Shown in pieces: positions 25,637-34,005 of a DNA stretch of 42,262 nt (the stretch's first letter is position 1; every line of letters starts with the position of its first letter). The position numbers and the translations under genes were made by a program. The DNA lies in NCBI GenBank assembly GCA_030647095.1, contig JAUSKH010000063.1:1-42262 (forward strand). Reading direction: 5' to 3'. Source of the stretch: Nanobdellota archaeon. Lineage in GTDB: Archaea; Nanobdellota; Nanobdellia; Pacearchaeales; GW2011-AR1. The notes under the pieces are model-generated. The model was not told the DNA's origin. It searched no databases and saw only the letters and a program-made list of their open reading frames with translations.

Positions 25637-27139
25637 ATGGAAATAGATCCTCATAAAAAGGCAGAATTGGAAGATTTAGTTGCTCTACTGGAAAGCATAA
25701 GAGGAAGACATACAGAGTTGGTAACTGTTATGATTCCTGCTGGTTCAAATATTTTCCCTGTTGTAAGACAGCTTGAGGCAGAGAGGTCTACTGCAGAAAA
25801 TATAAAATCAAAGCAGACTAGGTCTGCTGTTATTGATTCTATTGATATGATTATTAGAGAATTAAAGAATTATAAACAGACGCCTCCAAATGGTCTTGCA
25901 CTTTTTGCTGGAAATATTTCTGATAAAGAAGGTATGCAGGACATTAAGATTTGGGCTATTGAACCTCCTAAGCCACTTAATGTTAGAATATACAGATGTG
26001 ATCAGGTTTTTGTTGTTGATCCTCTGAAAGAAATACTTGATGTTGAAGAGATTTATGGTTTGTTAGTTATTGATAGGCAGGGAGCAACAATAGGAGTTTT
26101 GGAAGGAAGGAGAATAAAAGTTTTACAGAAATTGACTTCCGGAGTTCCGGGGAAGGTAAGGGCTGGGGGACAGTGTCTTGCTCCAGATACTTTTGTTGAG
26201 ACGCGGGAAGGAAATAAAAAAATAAAAGATTTGAAAATTGGTGATAAGATTAAAGCCTTAGATATAGAAAAGCAAAAGATAATTTATACGAAGTGTATTA
26301 ATAAATGGAATAACAATAAAAATGAATGCTTTGAATTTACTACAAATAGTAATAAAACAATTATCTGTTCTGGAGATCATTCATTGTTTTTATATGATAA
26401 TTATAAGTTATTAGAAATACCGGCGAGTATGATATTAAAAGGAACTGTTTTAATTAATGATAATCAAGAATTTGAAGAGATAAATAGAATAAAAAAGATT
26501 AGTAAAGACATTCAGCTGGTTGATATAGAAACTGAGAATAAAAACTTTTTTGCTAATGGAGTATTGGTTCATAATTCATCTCAGAGATACCATAGAGTTA
26601 CAGAAGGGCTTGCTAAGGAGTTTTACAGGAGAGTGGCTGAAGAGATGAAAAGAATATTTTTTGACATGCCTAAGTTGAAGGGACTTTTAGTGGGAGGACC
26701 AATACCAACAAAAGAAGATTTTTTGAAAGAAGGGGATTTGGTTACTGTTTTGAAAGAAAAAGTTATTGCTATAAAGGATTTAGGTTATACTGATGAACAT
26801 GGTTTGGAGTTATTAGTTGAAGACTCATGGGAGGATATTGCACAACAGGAATTGATAAAAGAGAAGAATATTTTGAATAAATTTTTCCAGACTTTAGGAA
26901 AGGATTCAAAAATGACTGCTTACGGCTTAGAAAGAGTAAAACTTGCCTTACAGCGAGGGTCTGTTGGATTGCTTATTGTTTCTAAGGAACTTCCTAAAGA
27001 AGAGATAGCTGAATTGGAAAAGATGGCTGAGAACATTGGGGCAGAAATGGTTGTTGTTTCTAGTGATCATCAAGATGGCGAGCAATTCTTTAATTTGACT
27101 AAAGGTGTTGGTGCTGTTTTGAGATTCGCGATGGAATAA
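25637..27139 (+). CDS. prf1: Peptide chain release factor aRF1, containing a mini-intein
   Basis: NIKS motif (AENIKSKQ). The GGQ motif at residues 177-179 is followed by the intein. The extein resumes SSQRYHRVTEG. The C-terminal domain is typical of aRF1/eRF1. Confidence 0.9.
   Translation: MEIDPHKKAELEDLVALLESIRGRHTELVTVMIPAGSNIFPVVRQLEAERSTAENIKSKQTRSAVIDSIDMIIRELKNYKQTPPNGLALFAGNISDKEGMQDIKIWAIEPPKPLNVRIYRCDQVFVVDPLKEILDVEEIYGLLVIDRQGATIGVLEGRRIKVLQKLTSGVPGKVRAGGQCLAPDTFVETREGNKKIKDLKIGDKIKALDIEKQKIIYTKCINKWNNNKNECFEFTTNSNKTIICSGDHSLFLYDNYKLLEIPASMILKGTVLINDNQEFEEINRIKKISKDIQLVDIETENKNFFANGVLVHNSSQRYHRVTEGLAKEFYRRVAEEMKRIFFDMPKLKGLLVGGPIPTKEDFLKEGDLVTVLKEKVIAIKDLGYTDEHGLELLVEDSWEDIAQQELIKEKNILNKFFQTLGKDSKMTAYGLERVKLALQRGSVGLLIVSKELPKEEIAELEKMAENIGAEMVVVSSDHQDGEQFFNLTKGVGAVLRFAME
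26174..26575 (+). mobile_element. 134-aa mini-intein (no homing-endonuclease domain) inserted after GGQ of aRF1
   Basis: It starts with Cys (CLAPDTFVETREG, block A). Block B is like CSGDHSLF. The C-terminus is VDIETENKNFFANGVLVHN, followed by the +1 Ser. Removing it restores GGQ-S. Confidence 0.85.
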
Positions 27140-27145
27140 GAATTA

Positions 27146-28732
27146 TTAGTTACCCTTTCTTACTTTTTGTAATTTAGGGTTTGGGAAGGCGGTTCCCCAG
27201 TGATATGTTGTTTGAACATCAGCTAGTTCTTTTGTCCATCTAATCATAAACTCTTCGATTTCTTTTGGTTCTAGATGTTCTGTTCTATCATGGGTTGTAA
27301 ATAACGAGAAGCCATAATAATCTATAGGATTAACAATATTATGACCGTTAGTTTTATACCATTCTGTTCCTGGAAGCATTGTGGCAGATAAGCACAATGC
27401 CGCATCTAAATAACCTTCTTGAATAAGTTTTCTATCTGTTGATAATTCTTCTTCAAAAGTTTTCTTTGTTTGTTCTGGTGTTCCAATTATCGCGCTAGTG
27501 AAAATATATATTCCTGCTTCTTCTCTTAACTTTTTTAAGTTGTCCAGTCTACTTTTATATTTATTAGACATAGAAGCAGAAGCACTAGAGTCTTTATTCC
27601 AGTTTCTGGGATTAAATGGTATGTACAGTGCAGTAACTCTACCTTCCCCATTTTTATTGTATTCTATGAATTGTTCTGCAACATCATCACTTAAAGATTC
27701 AAACTCAACTCCCCCATTATCTTGCCAATAAAATCCGTAGTTTTTCATTAATCTTAAGATTTCAGGTAAGTGTGTTTTTGGTTTCCATAAAAAGGCATCA
27801 TCTTGTACAACTATTTCTTCAATGCCTGCTTCCTTGAATATTCTTAATTGTTCATCTAATCTTTGATATTCTGATGCTGTAACTCTATCTCCAACTCCAT
27901 TTCCGGCCAAACAAAAGGCACAATCTCTAAAACAACCTTTAGTGAACATGAAATCTATTGTTTTTCTACCATTTGTTGGGGGAGTATATGTTGGAATAAT
28001 AGGATAATCATTTTTTTCTAATATTTTGGGATCTAAAAGAGGAAAATTTGCTAAAGATTGAGATCCGCCATTAATAATTCTGTCACCTATTCTTCCTTCA
28101 ACTATGTCTTCAATTACGCTGACTGCGTCTCCTATAACTATATGATCTACATAATCTTTATTCTCAGTAAAAAACTGTTCCGGTAGTGCGCTTATATGCT
28201 GTCCTCCAAAAATTATTTTAATCTTTGGAAAATTTTCTTTTATTGATCTTGCTAGAGACGTTGCGGGAATGTAGTTTGCAGTTGCTATAAGAGGTATACC
28301 GATAATATCAGGGTTTTCTTTTTCAATTTCCGATAGAGTATTTTCAAGAGAAGTTCCGGTTCTTACTAGAGTTCGTGAAACAATTGCTTTTTCTGGAAAA
28401 GCAGTATATTTATCAACAAATTCTTTTGGAGATAAACTCCAATAGTCAGACATTTTTTCTTTTTGAAAGTCCTGATTTTTAATATCTAAATCTTTCTCTG
28501 AAACTGACTCTTTATCTAATACCCTTTTAGATAAAGTTTGATTATATAATCCTCCATTCCGAACTACCTCATCTAAGTACCTTACATTATGTCCTTTATC
28601 TTTTAATCCTGAAGCTAAATATACAATACCCAAATAAGGACAAGTTCTAATCGGATCCCAGACTGCATCAGTCACCAATGGTGGTTTTATGAACATTATG
28701 TTCTTTTTCTTTCCAGTAGATATATTAATCAT
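27146..28732 (-). CDS. Radical SAM enzyme with an N-terminal B12-binding-like domain
   Basis: CFRDCAFC (Cx3Cx2C). The N-terminal Rossmann-like region (IIGIPLIATANY...IIFGGQH) is typical of class B radical SAM proteins. Confidence 0.8.
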   Translation of the reverse strand: MINISTGKKKNIMFIKPPLVTDAVWDPIRTCPYLGIVYLASGLKDKGHNVRYLDEVVRNGGLYNQTLSKRVLDKESVSEKDLDIKNQDFQKEKMSDYWSLSPKEFVDKYTAFPEKAIVSRTLVRTGTSLENTLSEIEKENPDIIGIPLIATANYIPATSLARSIKENFPKIKIIFGGQHISALPEQFFTENKDYVDHIVIGDAVSVIEDIVEGRIGDRIINGGSQSLANFPLLDPKILEKNDYPIIPTYTPPTNGRKTIDFMFTKGCFRDCAFCLAGNGVGDRVTASEYQRLDEQLRIFKEAGIEEIVVQDDAFLWKPKTHLPEILRLMKNYGFYWQDNGGVEFESLSDDVAEQFIEYNKNGEGRVTALYIPFNPRNWNKDSSASASMSNKYKSRLDNLKKLREEAGIYIFTSAIIGTPEQTKKTFEEELSTDRKLIQEGYLDAALCLSATMLPGTEWYKTNGHNIVNPIDYYGFSLFTTHDRTEHLEPKEIEEFMIRWTKELADVQTTYHWGTAFPNPKLQKVRKGN

Positions 28733-28847
28733 TTTATTCCTGTTATCTACTAATGAGTGATAATGAAAGTTAAATAAAACTTATTTTCTAATAATCTACA
28801 AAAAAGACAAGATTTAAATATAAAATGTAATTATTATAAATAATACC

Positions 28848-29819
28848 ATGGAAGAGAAGTTCAAGCTTGATTTAAAGGATAGAAAGATACTTTTTGAATT
28901 GGATAATAATTGCAGACAGTCTTGTTCACAGATTGGGAAGAAAGTTGGTTTATCTACAGAGGTTGTAAATTATAGGATTAAGAAACTTGAAGATGAGAAA
29001 ATAATAACACAGTACCAGTTAATTGCTAATTTATCAGGACTTGGAATAATACAGTTTAAGATTTGTTTAACTTTACAGCATATAAATTCTGAGAAACTAA
29101 ATTCTATAATAGATAAATTAAGGAAGAATAAGTCTGTTAAGTGGATAGTTTCTACAAAAGGAAACTGGGATTTATTAATTGCCTTGGAAACTGATAGAAT
29201 TGATAAGATCGACGAGTTGAAGAATGAAATATTGAGTCTATTTTCAGGATATGTTAGAAATAAAGCTCTTTCTATCCTTGTTGAAGCTTCCATTCATGGA
29301 AGAGGGTATTTAATCGAAGGAAAAAAGAATCTTAGGAAAGAAAAAGTTGTTATGGGGCAGGATAGGAAAATTAAGGTTGATGATACTGATATGAAAATAT
29401 TAAAACAATTAGCTGAAAATGCTCGAAAGCCAATTATTGATATTGCACATGAATTAAAAATCAGCGAGAGAATAGTGAATTATAGAATCAAACAGATGGT
29501 TAAGAATAAAATCGTCTTAGGTTTTAAGATAGCTTTAAATTATGAAAAGTTAGGACTTCACTTTTATAAGCTTTTTATTTATTTAGATTCACCTGAGAAA
29601 AATAGAATTGCTGATTTTATAAGTTATTTGGAAGTGCATAGAAATGTTATTCATCATGTTAGAGTGCTGGGAAATTGGGATTTGGAGCCAGAGTTCGAGA
29701 CTTATTCAGAGCGAGAATTTAATGAGCTTCTAAAGGAGATGAAAGATAAGTTTTCAGATATAATAGCAGGAATAGATATTATCACAATTGACAAAGAACA
29801 TAAGTTTGTTTACTTTTAA
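28848..29819 (+). CDS. Tandem Lrp/AsnC-type protein (two HTH plus RAM-like modules)
   Basis: Two repeats of LDxxDxKILxxLxxNxRxxxxxIxxxxxxSxxxVNYRIKxx (residues about 7-60 and about 175-230), each followed by a beta-alpha-beta-beta-alpha-beta-like region. Confidence 0.7.
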   Translation: MEEKFKLDLKDRKILFELDNNCRQSCSQIGKKVGLSTEVVNYRIKKLEDEKIITQYQLIANLSGLGIIQFKICLTLQHINSEKLNSIIDKLRKNKSVKWIVSTKGNWDLLIALETDRIDKIDELKNEILSLFSGYVRNKALSILVEASIHGRGYLIEGKKNLRKEKVVMGQDRKIKVDDTDMKILKQLAENARKPIIDIAHELKISERIVNYRIKQMVKNKIVLGFKIALNYEKLGLHFYKLFIYLDSPEKNRIADFISYLEVHRNVIHHVRVLGNWDLEPEFETYSEREFNELLKEMKDKFSDIIAGIDIITIDKEHKFVYF

Positions 29820-29951
29820 TTGCTAAGAAAGAAATTTTTAAAAAATAGTTAGTCTCTGTCATTTATCAAAGGTATATAACTAACTTTTAGGGGTGACTTT
29901 ATTTTCTAAGGTGGGGGCAAACCATATAAAGTTGGTGTTTGTTGTGGGAAG

Positions 29952-31982
29952 ATGGAGACAGAGCAGAAACAGAAACCTAAGCAGGAAGACCTTATTTTAG
30001 AGGCAAAGAAGTTTTTTGATACTCATAAGCAGGAGATAAGAGAGAGCGTTAGAAGCGGGTCCGGAGTTGTAAAACTTAGTTTCCCCTGGATTGCTGAATT
30101 CTCTCCCACTTTATCTGAGAATCTTTTGCAATTACCGGAGGAAACCATAGCAATTTTAGAAACTGCTTTGGAAGAATCTAATTTAATAGAAAGACCCAGA
30201 ATAAGACTTGTTGATTTGCCTGCTACTCAAGTTAAGATTAAAATTAGGGAGATAAGAGCAAGACATTTGGATCAGTTATTATGGATAGAAGGTATTGTAA
30301 GACAGGCTTCTGATGTTAGACCTCAAGTTGTTAATGCTAGATTTGAGTGTCCGAGTTGCGGAGCGATTTTATCTGTTCTTCAGATAGATAGGAAATTTAG
30401 GGAGCCAACCAGGTGTTCTTGTAATTGGCGCGGTGCTTTTAAGTTGCTTTCTAAGGAAATGGTTGATGCACAAAGACTTGTTCTTGAAGAATCACCAGAT
30501 ACACTTGAAGGAGGAGAACAGCCAAGAAGACTTAATGTGTTCTTGAAGGAAGATCTTGTTGATCCTAAAATGGAGGAAAGGACAACTCCAGGAAGTAGAG
30601 TGATGGTTTTTGGTGTGTTGAAGGAAGTACCTGTACCCTTACAGACAGGAGCTATTTCAACAAGATTTGATATTGCAATTGAAGCGAATAATATCGTTTC
30701 TAGAGAAGAATCTTTTGAAGATTTGGAAATTAACGAGGATGATATGAAGGAAATTAGGGAATTGTCTGCCGATCCTTATTTGTTTAAAAGATTGTCGCAA
30801 AGTCTTGCACCTAGTATATATGGGTTTGAGCAAATTAAAGAATCTGTTTTGTTACAGCTTTTTGGAGGTGTAAAGAAAGTTAAGTCAGATGGTGGAGCTA
30901 CTAGGGGGGATATTCATGTGTTGCTTGTTGGAGATCCAGGAGTCGCTAAATCTGTTCTGTTGAAGTATGTTTCAACTATTGCACCCAAAGGAAGATATGT
31001 TTCTGGTAAGGCTGTTACGGCCGCGGGATTGACTGCAGCTGTTGTGAAAGATGAATTCTTAAGAGGATGGGCGCTTGAGGCAGGAGCAATGGTTTTGGCT
31101 AATAAGGGAGTTCTTTGTGTTGATGAGATTGAAAAAATGGATGAACATGACAGAAGTACAATGCACGAATCTATGGAGCAGCAGTGTGTAACTATTTCTA
31201 AAGCTAATATTCATGCAACGCTTAGAGCTGAGACGACGGTACTTGCTGCTGGAAACCCTAAGCTTGGAAGATTTGATCCTTATACACCAATTCCTCAACA
31301 GATAGATATTTCTCCTGCTTTGTTGAGTAGATTTGACATCATTTTCATTATTAGGGACTTACCTAATAAGATACAGGATGAGGCAATTGCAACACATGTA
31401 CTAGAGGAACATAAGCAGGATGTTATTAGAGATGTAATTAATCCCAAGCTACTGAAAAAATATATTGCTTATGCAAAACAGAAAGTAAAACCTAAATTGA
31501 CTGATGGAGCTATTGAGGAAATAAAGAGTTTTTATATTAAACTTAGAAACCAGTCTGTGAAGTCTGATTCTGTAATAAAACCGATTCCTATTACTGCAAG
31601 ACAACTAGAAGGTATTATTAGATTGTCAGAAGCTCATGCTAAAATGCATTTGAGGGAAGAAGTAAACAGGGAAGATGCGAAGATTGCAATAAAACTTTTA
31701 AAATATTCTTTAATGCAAGTTGGTTCTGATGAGGAAACTAAGTCTTTTGATATTGACAAGATGACTACTGGAATTACTTCTTCTAAGAGGGGGAAGATAC
31801 TTTTAGTTAGAGAAGTAATTGCGCAGCTTGAATCTAAGTTAGGAAAATTGATTCCTATGGAAGAATTACATAAGGAAATTGCAGATAAAGTGACTGATAT
31901 TGAATTAGAAGATGCTTTGTCACATCTTTCAAAAAGCGGAGCAATTTTCATGCCTAAAAAGGGTTTTATACAGAGGATGTGA
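29952..31982 (+). CDS. mcm: MCM replicative helicase
   Basis: Zinc finger CPSCG...CSC, Walker A GDPGVAKS, Walker B CVDEIEKM and arginine finger SRFD. A C-terminal winged helix is present. No intein. Confidence 0.95.
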   Translation: METEQKQKPKQEDLILEAKKFFDTHKQEIRESVRSGSGVVKLSFPWIAEFSPTLSENLLQLPEETIAILETALEESNLIERPRIRLVDLPATQVKIKIREIRARHLDQLLWIEGIVRQASDVRPQVVNARFECPSCGAILSVLQIDRKFREPTRCSCNWRGAFKLLSKEMVDAQRLVLEESPDTLEGGEQPRRLNVFLKEDLVDPKMEERTTPGSRVMVFGVLKEVPVPLQTGAISTRFDIAIEANNIVSREESFEDLEINEDDMKEIRELSADPYLFKRLSQSLAPSIYGFEQIKESVLLQLFGGVKKVKSDGGATRGDIHVLLVGDPGVAKSVLLKYVSTIAPKGRYVSGKAVTAAGLTAAVVKDEFLRGWALEAGAMVLANKGVLCVDEIEKMDEHDRSTMHESMEQQCVTISKANIHATLRAETTVLAAGNPKLGRFDPYTPIPQQIDISPALLSRFDIIFIIRDLPNKIQDEAIATHVLEEHKQDVIRDVINPKLLKKYIAYAKQKVKPKLTDGAIEEIKSFYIKLRNQSVKSDSVIKPIPITARQLEGIIRLSEAHAKMHLREEVNREDAKIAIKLLKYSLMQVGSDEETKSFDIDKMTTGITSSKRGKILLVREVIAQLESKLGKLIPMEELHKEIADKVTDIELEDALSHLSKSGAIFMPKKGFIQRM

Positions 31983-32077
31983 TAGATATTATATTTTAAT
32001 AGATAAAAGCTTATAAGGGTATGTTTATAGAAAAGAATAAGCAAAATGGAAATTCTAAAAAAGAGAGAAGTTGAAAG

Positions 32078-32704
32078 ATGAATGAACAACTGACTAACCA
32101 ACCGATGAAGAGAAACGTGGCTTATAAGTTGCGTATTGGAAATGTTTTGGGTGGGAAAGTTATTCTTGATGGTGAGAGGTTTAAACATCTTGAAATAGAT
32201 GACAAGAAAGTTGTTAGAGTTAATATAATAGCAAATGTAGTTGATAAGTTTTTGCAAGAAGGTGAGAAGAAGTATGCTTCTTTAACTTTGGATGATGCTA
32301 CTGGACAGCTTAGAGTTAAATTGTTTGGAGAGGATGTTGAAAAAATAAATAAATTGAATCAGGGCGATACTGTTTTAGTAATTGGGCTTCTTAGAATTTG
32401 GAATAATGAGTTGTACGTAACGCCGGAAATTATGAAAAATAAAGAACCGAGTTATTTGCTTGTTAGAAAACTTGAAATTGAGTCAGAACAACCAAAGTCA
32501 ATAGGTAAAGAGGCAGTTGCAGTTTTGAAAGATAAAATAATTGCAATGGTTAAGGAAGCTGAGAAGGACGGGGGAGTAGATATTGGTAAAATGATTATGG
32601 AATTACACGAGCCTCCTGAAGTTATTAATCAAGAGGTTCGTAAGTTGCTGGAAGAAGGCATGGCTTATGAGCCTAGGCCAGGTAAATTGAGATATTTAGG
32701 ATAA
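32078..32704 (+). CDS. RPA32-like OB-fold plus winged-helix ssDNA-binding protein
   Basis: OB-fold pattern VRVNIIANVV...ASLTLDDATGQLRVKLFGE...GDTVLVIGLLRIWNNELYV. The C-terminal helical/winged-helix segment ends in EGMAYEPRPGKLRYL. The gene lies immediately downstream of mcm. Confidence 0.6.
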   Translation: MNEQLTNQPMKRNVAYKLRIGNVLGGKVILDGERFKHLEIDDKKVVRVNIIANVVDKFLQEGEKKYASLTLDDATGQLRVKLFGEDVEKINKLNQGDTVLVIGLLRIWNNELYVTPEIMKNKEPSYLLVRKLEIESEQPKSIGKEAVAVLKDKIIAMVKEAEKDGGVDIGKMIMELHEPPEVINQEVRKLLEEGMAYEPRPGKLRYLG

Positions 32705-33252
32705 TGGATTCAAGAAGATTTAACGGTTATCCAATGCCACAAGTCAACCACTTATGGGCAGCGAAAGTTCTAGGAATGGAATTAAATAATAACAAAGGTC
32801 CAGATTTGATAAATGCTTCAAATGATGTTGGAGTTGAATTAAAATTTATGTTGAGTAACAGATCCTCTAATGGGTGGACTGTTCAGAATCATCAATTAAG
32901 ATATAAAAATAATAATTTTACTTGTTATTGGGGTCTTGGAATTTATAATCTGGATAGAAATGTTAAAGAGATAGATACGGAGGATAAAGATCGATTAGAG
33001 GGGATGGTTGTTAAGCGTGAAATTTATATTGTTAATTATAACTGGATGAATCAATTTGCGCCTTCAAGAACCAGCGGTGGAACTGGTAGATCTAAATGGA
33101 ATTACGTCTTTAGATATGCAAAGTTTAAAAGTTTACCAAGAATAGTTGAAAGTTACGAAGTTGATAAGGGGATTGTCCATATCACTAGAGGTGTTAGAGA
33201 AGAAGATTTTTTTATGTCAAGATACTTGACAGAAAACTCCACACTTTACTAA
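32704..33252 (+). CDS. Hypothetical protein with a PD-(D/E)xK nuclease-like motif
   Basis: The start overlaps the upstream stop (TAATG). Residues E26, GPD34 and, 10 residues on, E45-L-K47 are arranged like a restriction-endonuclease/Hjc-type active site. The last 12 codons are supplied by repeat copy C. Confidence 0.4.
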   Translation: MDSRRFNGYPMPQVNHLWAAKVLGMELNNNKGPDLINASNDVGVELKFMLSNRSSNGWTVQNHQLRYKNNNFTCYWGLGIYNLDRNVKEIDTEDKDRLEGMVVKREIYIVNYNWMNQFAPSRTSGGTGRSKWNYVFRYAKFKSLPRIVESYEVDKGIVHITRGVREEDFFMSRYLTENSTLY

Positions 33253-33303
33253 TTATGGGACAGCCTGTTTAAGCTGAGGTATACGAAAGGGCTTTTTGAT
33301 TAG
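33212..33303 (+). repeat. Structured intergenic repeat, copy C (internally deleted)
   Basis: The first ~30 nt (TTATGTCAAGATACTTGACAGAAAACTCCA) are identical to copy A. The 3' part, TTTAAGCTGAGGTATACGAAAGGGCTTTTTGATTAG, matches the core. The middle, including the 5' strand of the core hairpin, is missing. Confidence 0.7.
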
Positions 33304-33332
33304 CCAATTAGAAGAAGCTGTACCTTTTTAGT

Positions 33333-33938
33333 TTATTTCTTTAATCCAAGTTTAGCCCAGAAGCCTTTCTTTTCTTTTGCAACGTTTAATCTTATTGCTA
33401 TCCAGATTAATAGGATTAGGGCTATGAAGAGAATTAAGAATCTCCAAATATTGCTGAAGTTTCTCCAATTAATGACTGTTCCGTAGAAGATTGCCCAGAT
33501 GGCTGAACCAATTAACGCTGAACCGACAGGTTCTATGCTGAGAATGAAGTAACCAATTATAAGTGTGACAATACCAGCAATAAGGGCAATCCAGAATACA
33601 TTTTTAGCATGCGTGTTTTGTTTATCATTAAATTGTTTGTTACAGAAATCACATTTTTTTAAAGAGGTTGTACAACCATTATCATCATAATCATAAATTG
33701 GTTGACCGCCATCAGCCGTGCATTGATTTGCTTGTTCTTGTAGCGTGCGTGAGAAAGTACAGTTTGGCGCTTCATAACTATAAGGTTTTACTGGATATGG
33801 TTCTGCATATGCATACATAGAAGAGTTGCAGAATTTATCGTATTGGGGACTTGGATAAAAAGCCTCTATTCCTTGCCAGAGGGCCAAAGCAAACACAATT
33901 ACTATCCCAATACCAAGTACAAAGTTTTTTACTTTCAC
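33333..33938 (-). CDS. Membrane protein with a Cys-rich extracytoplasmic domain
   Basis: N-terminal TM helix, 8 Cys in the middle domain, and 3 C-terminal TM helices. Confidence 0.5.
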   Translation of the reverse strand: MKVKNFVLGIGIVIVFALALWQGIEAFYPSPQYDKFCNSSMYAYAEPYPVKPYSYEAPNCTFSRTLQEQANQCTADGGQPIYDYDDNGCTTSLKKCDFCNKQFNDKQNTHAKNVFWIALIAGIVTLIIGYFILSIEPVGSALIGSAIWAIFYGTVINWRNFSNIWRFLILFIALILLIWIAIRLNVAKEKKGFWAKLGLKK

Positions 33939-34005
33939 TATAAAAATAGCAAGCTTATCTTTATAAACCCTTTTAATATCTTATATAAATATAAAGCAAT
34001 ACGGT

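Noticed and set aside
28848-29819. Calling the tandem Lrp/AsnC protein a siroheme decarboxylase (AhbA/B) because it neighbours a radical SAM gene.
   Set aside because: The neighbouring radical SAM enzyme is a B12-domain class B type, not AhbC/AhbD/NirJ-like. No other heme genes are in the window. Sequence alone cannot separate a regulator from a decarboxylase.
31634-32257. A long 207-aa minus-strand ORF overlaps the 3' end of mcm and the RPA-like gene. Similar antisense ORFs occur at 39062-39606, 19818-20213, 14857-15273, 14265-14558, 11496-11858, 7076-7378, 8199-8462, 18622-18912, 28970-29293, 34334-34864, 40692-40982 and elsewhere.
   Set aside because: These are shadow ORFs opposite strongly supported genes. 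Their composition is low-complexity and Leu/Ile/Ser/Phe-rich, as expected for antisense frames in AT-rich DNA. They have no motifs.
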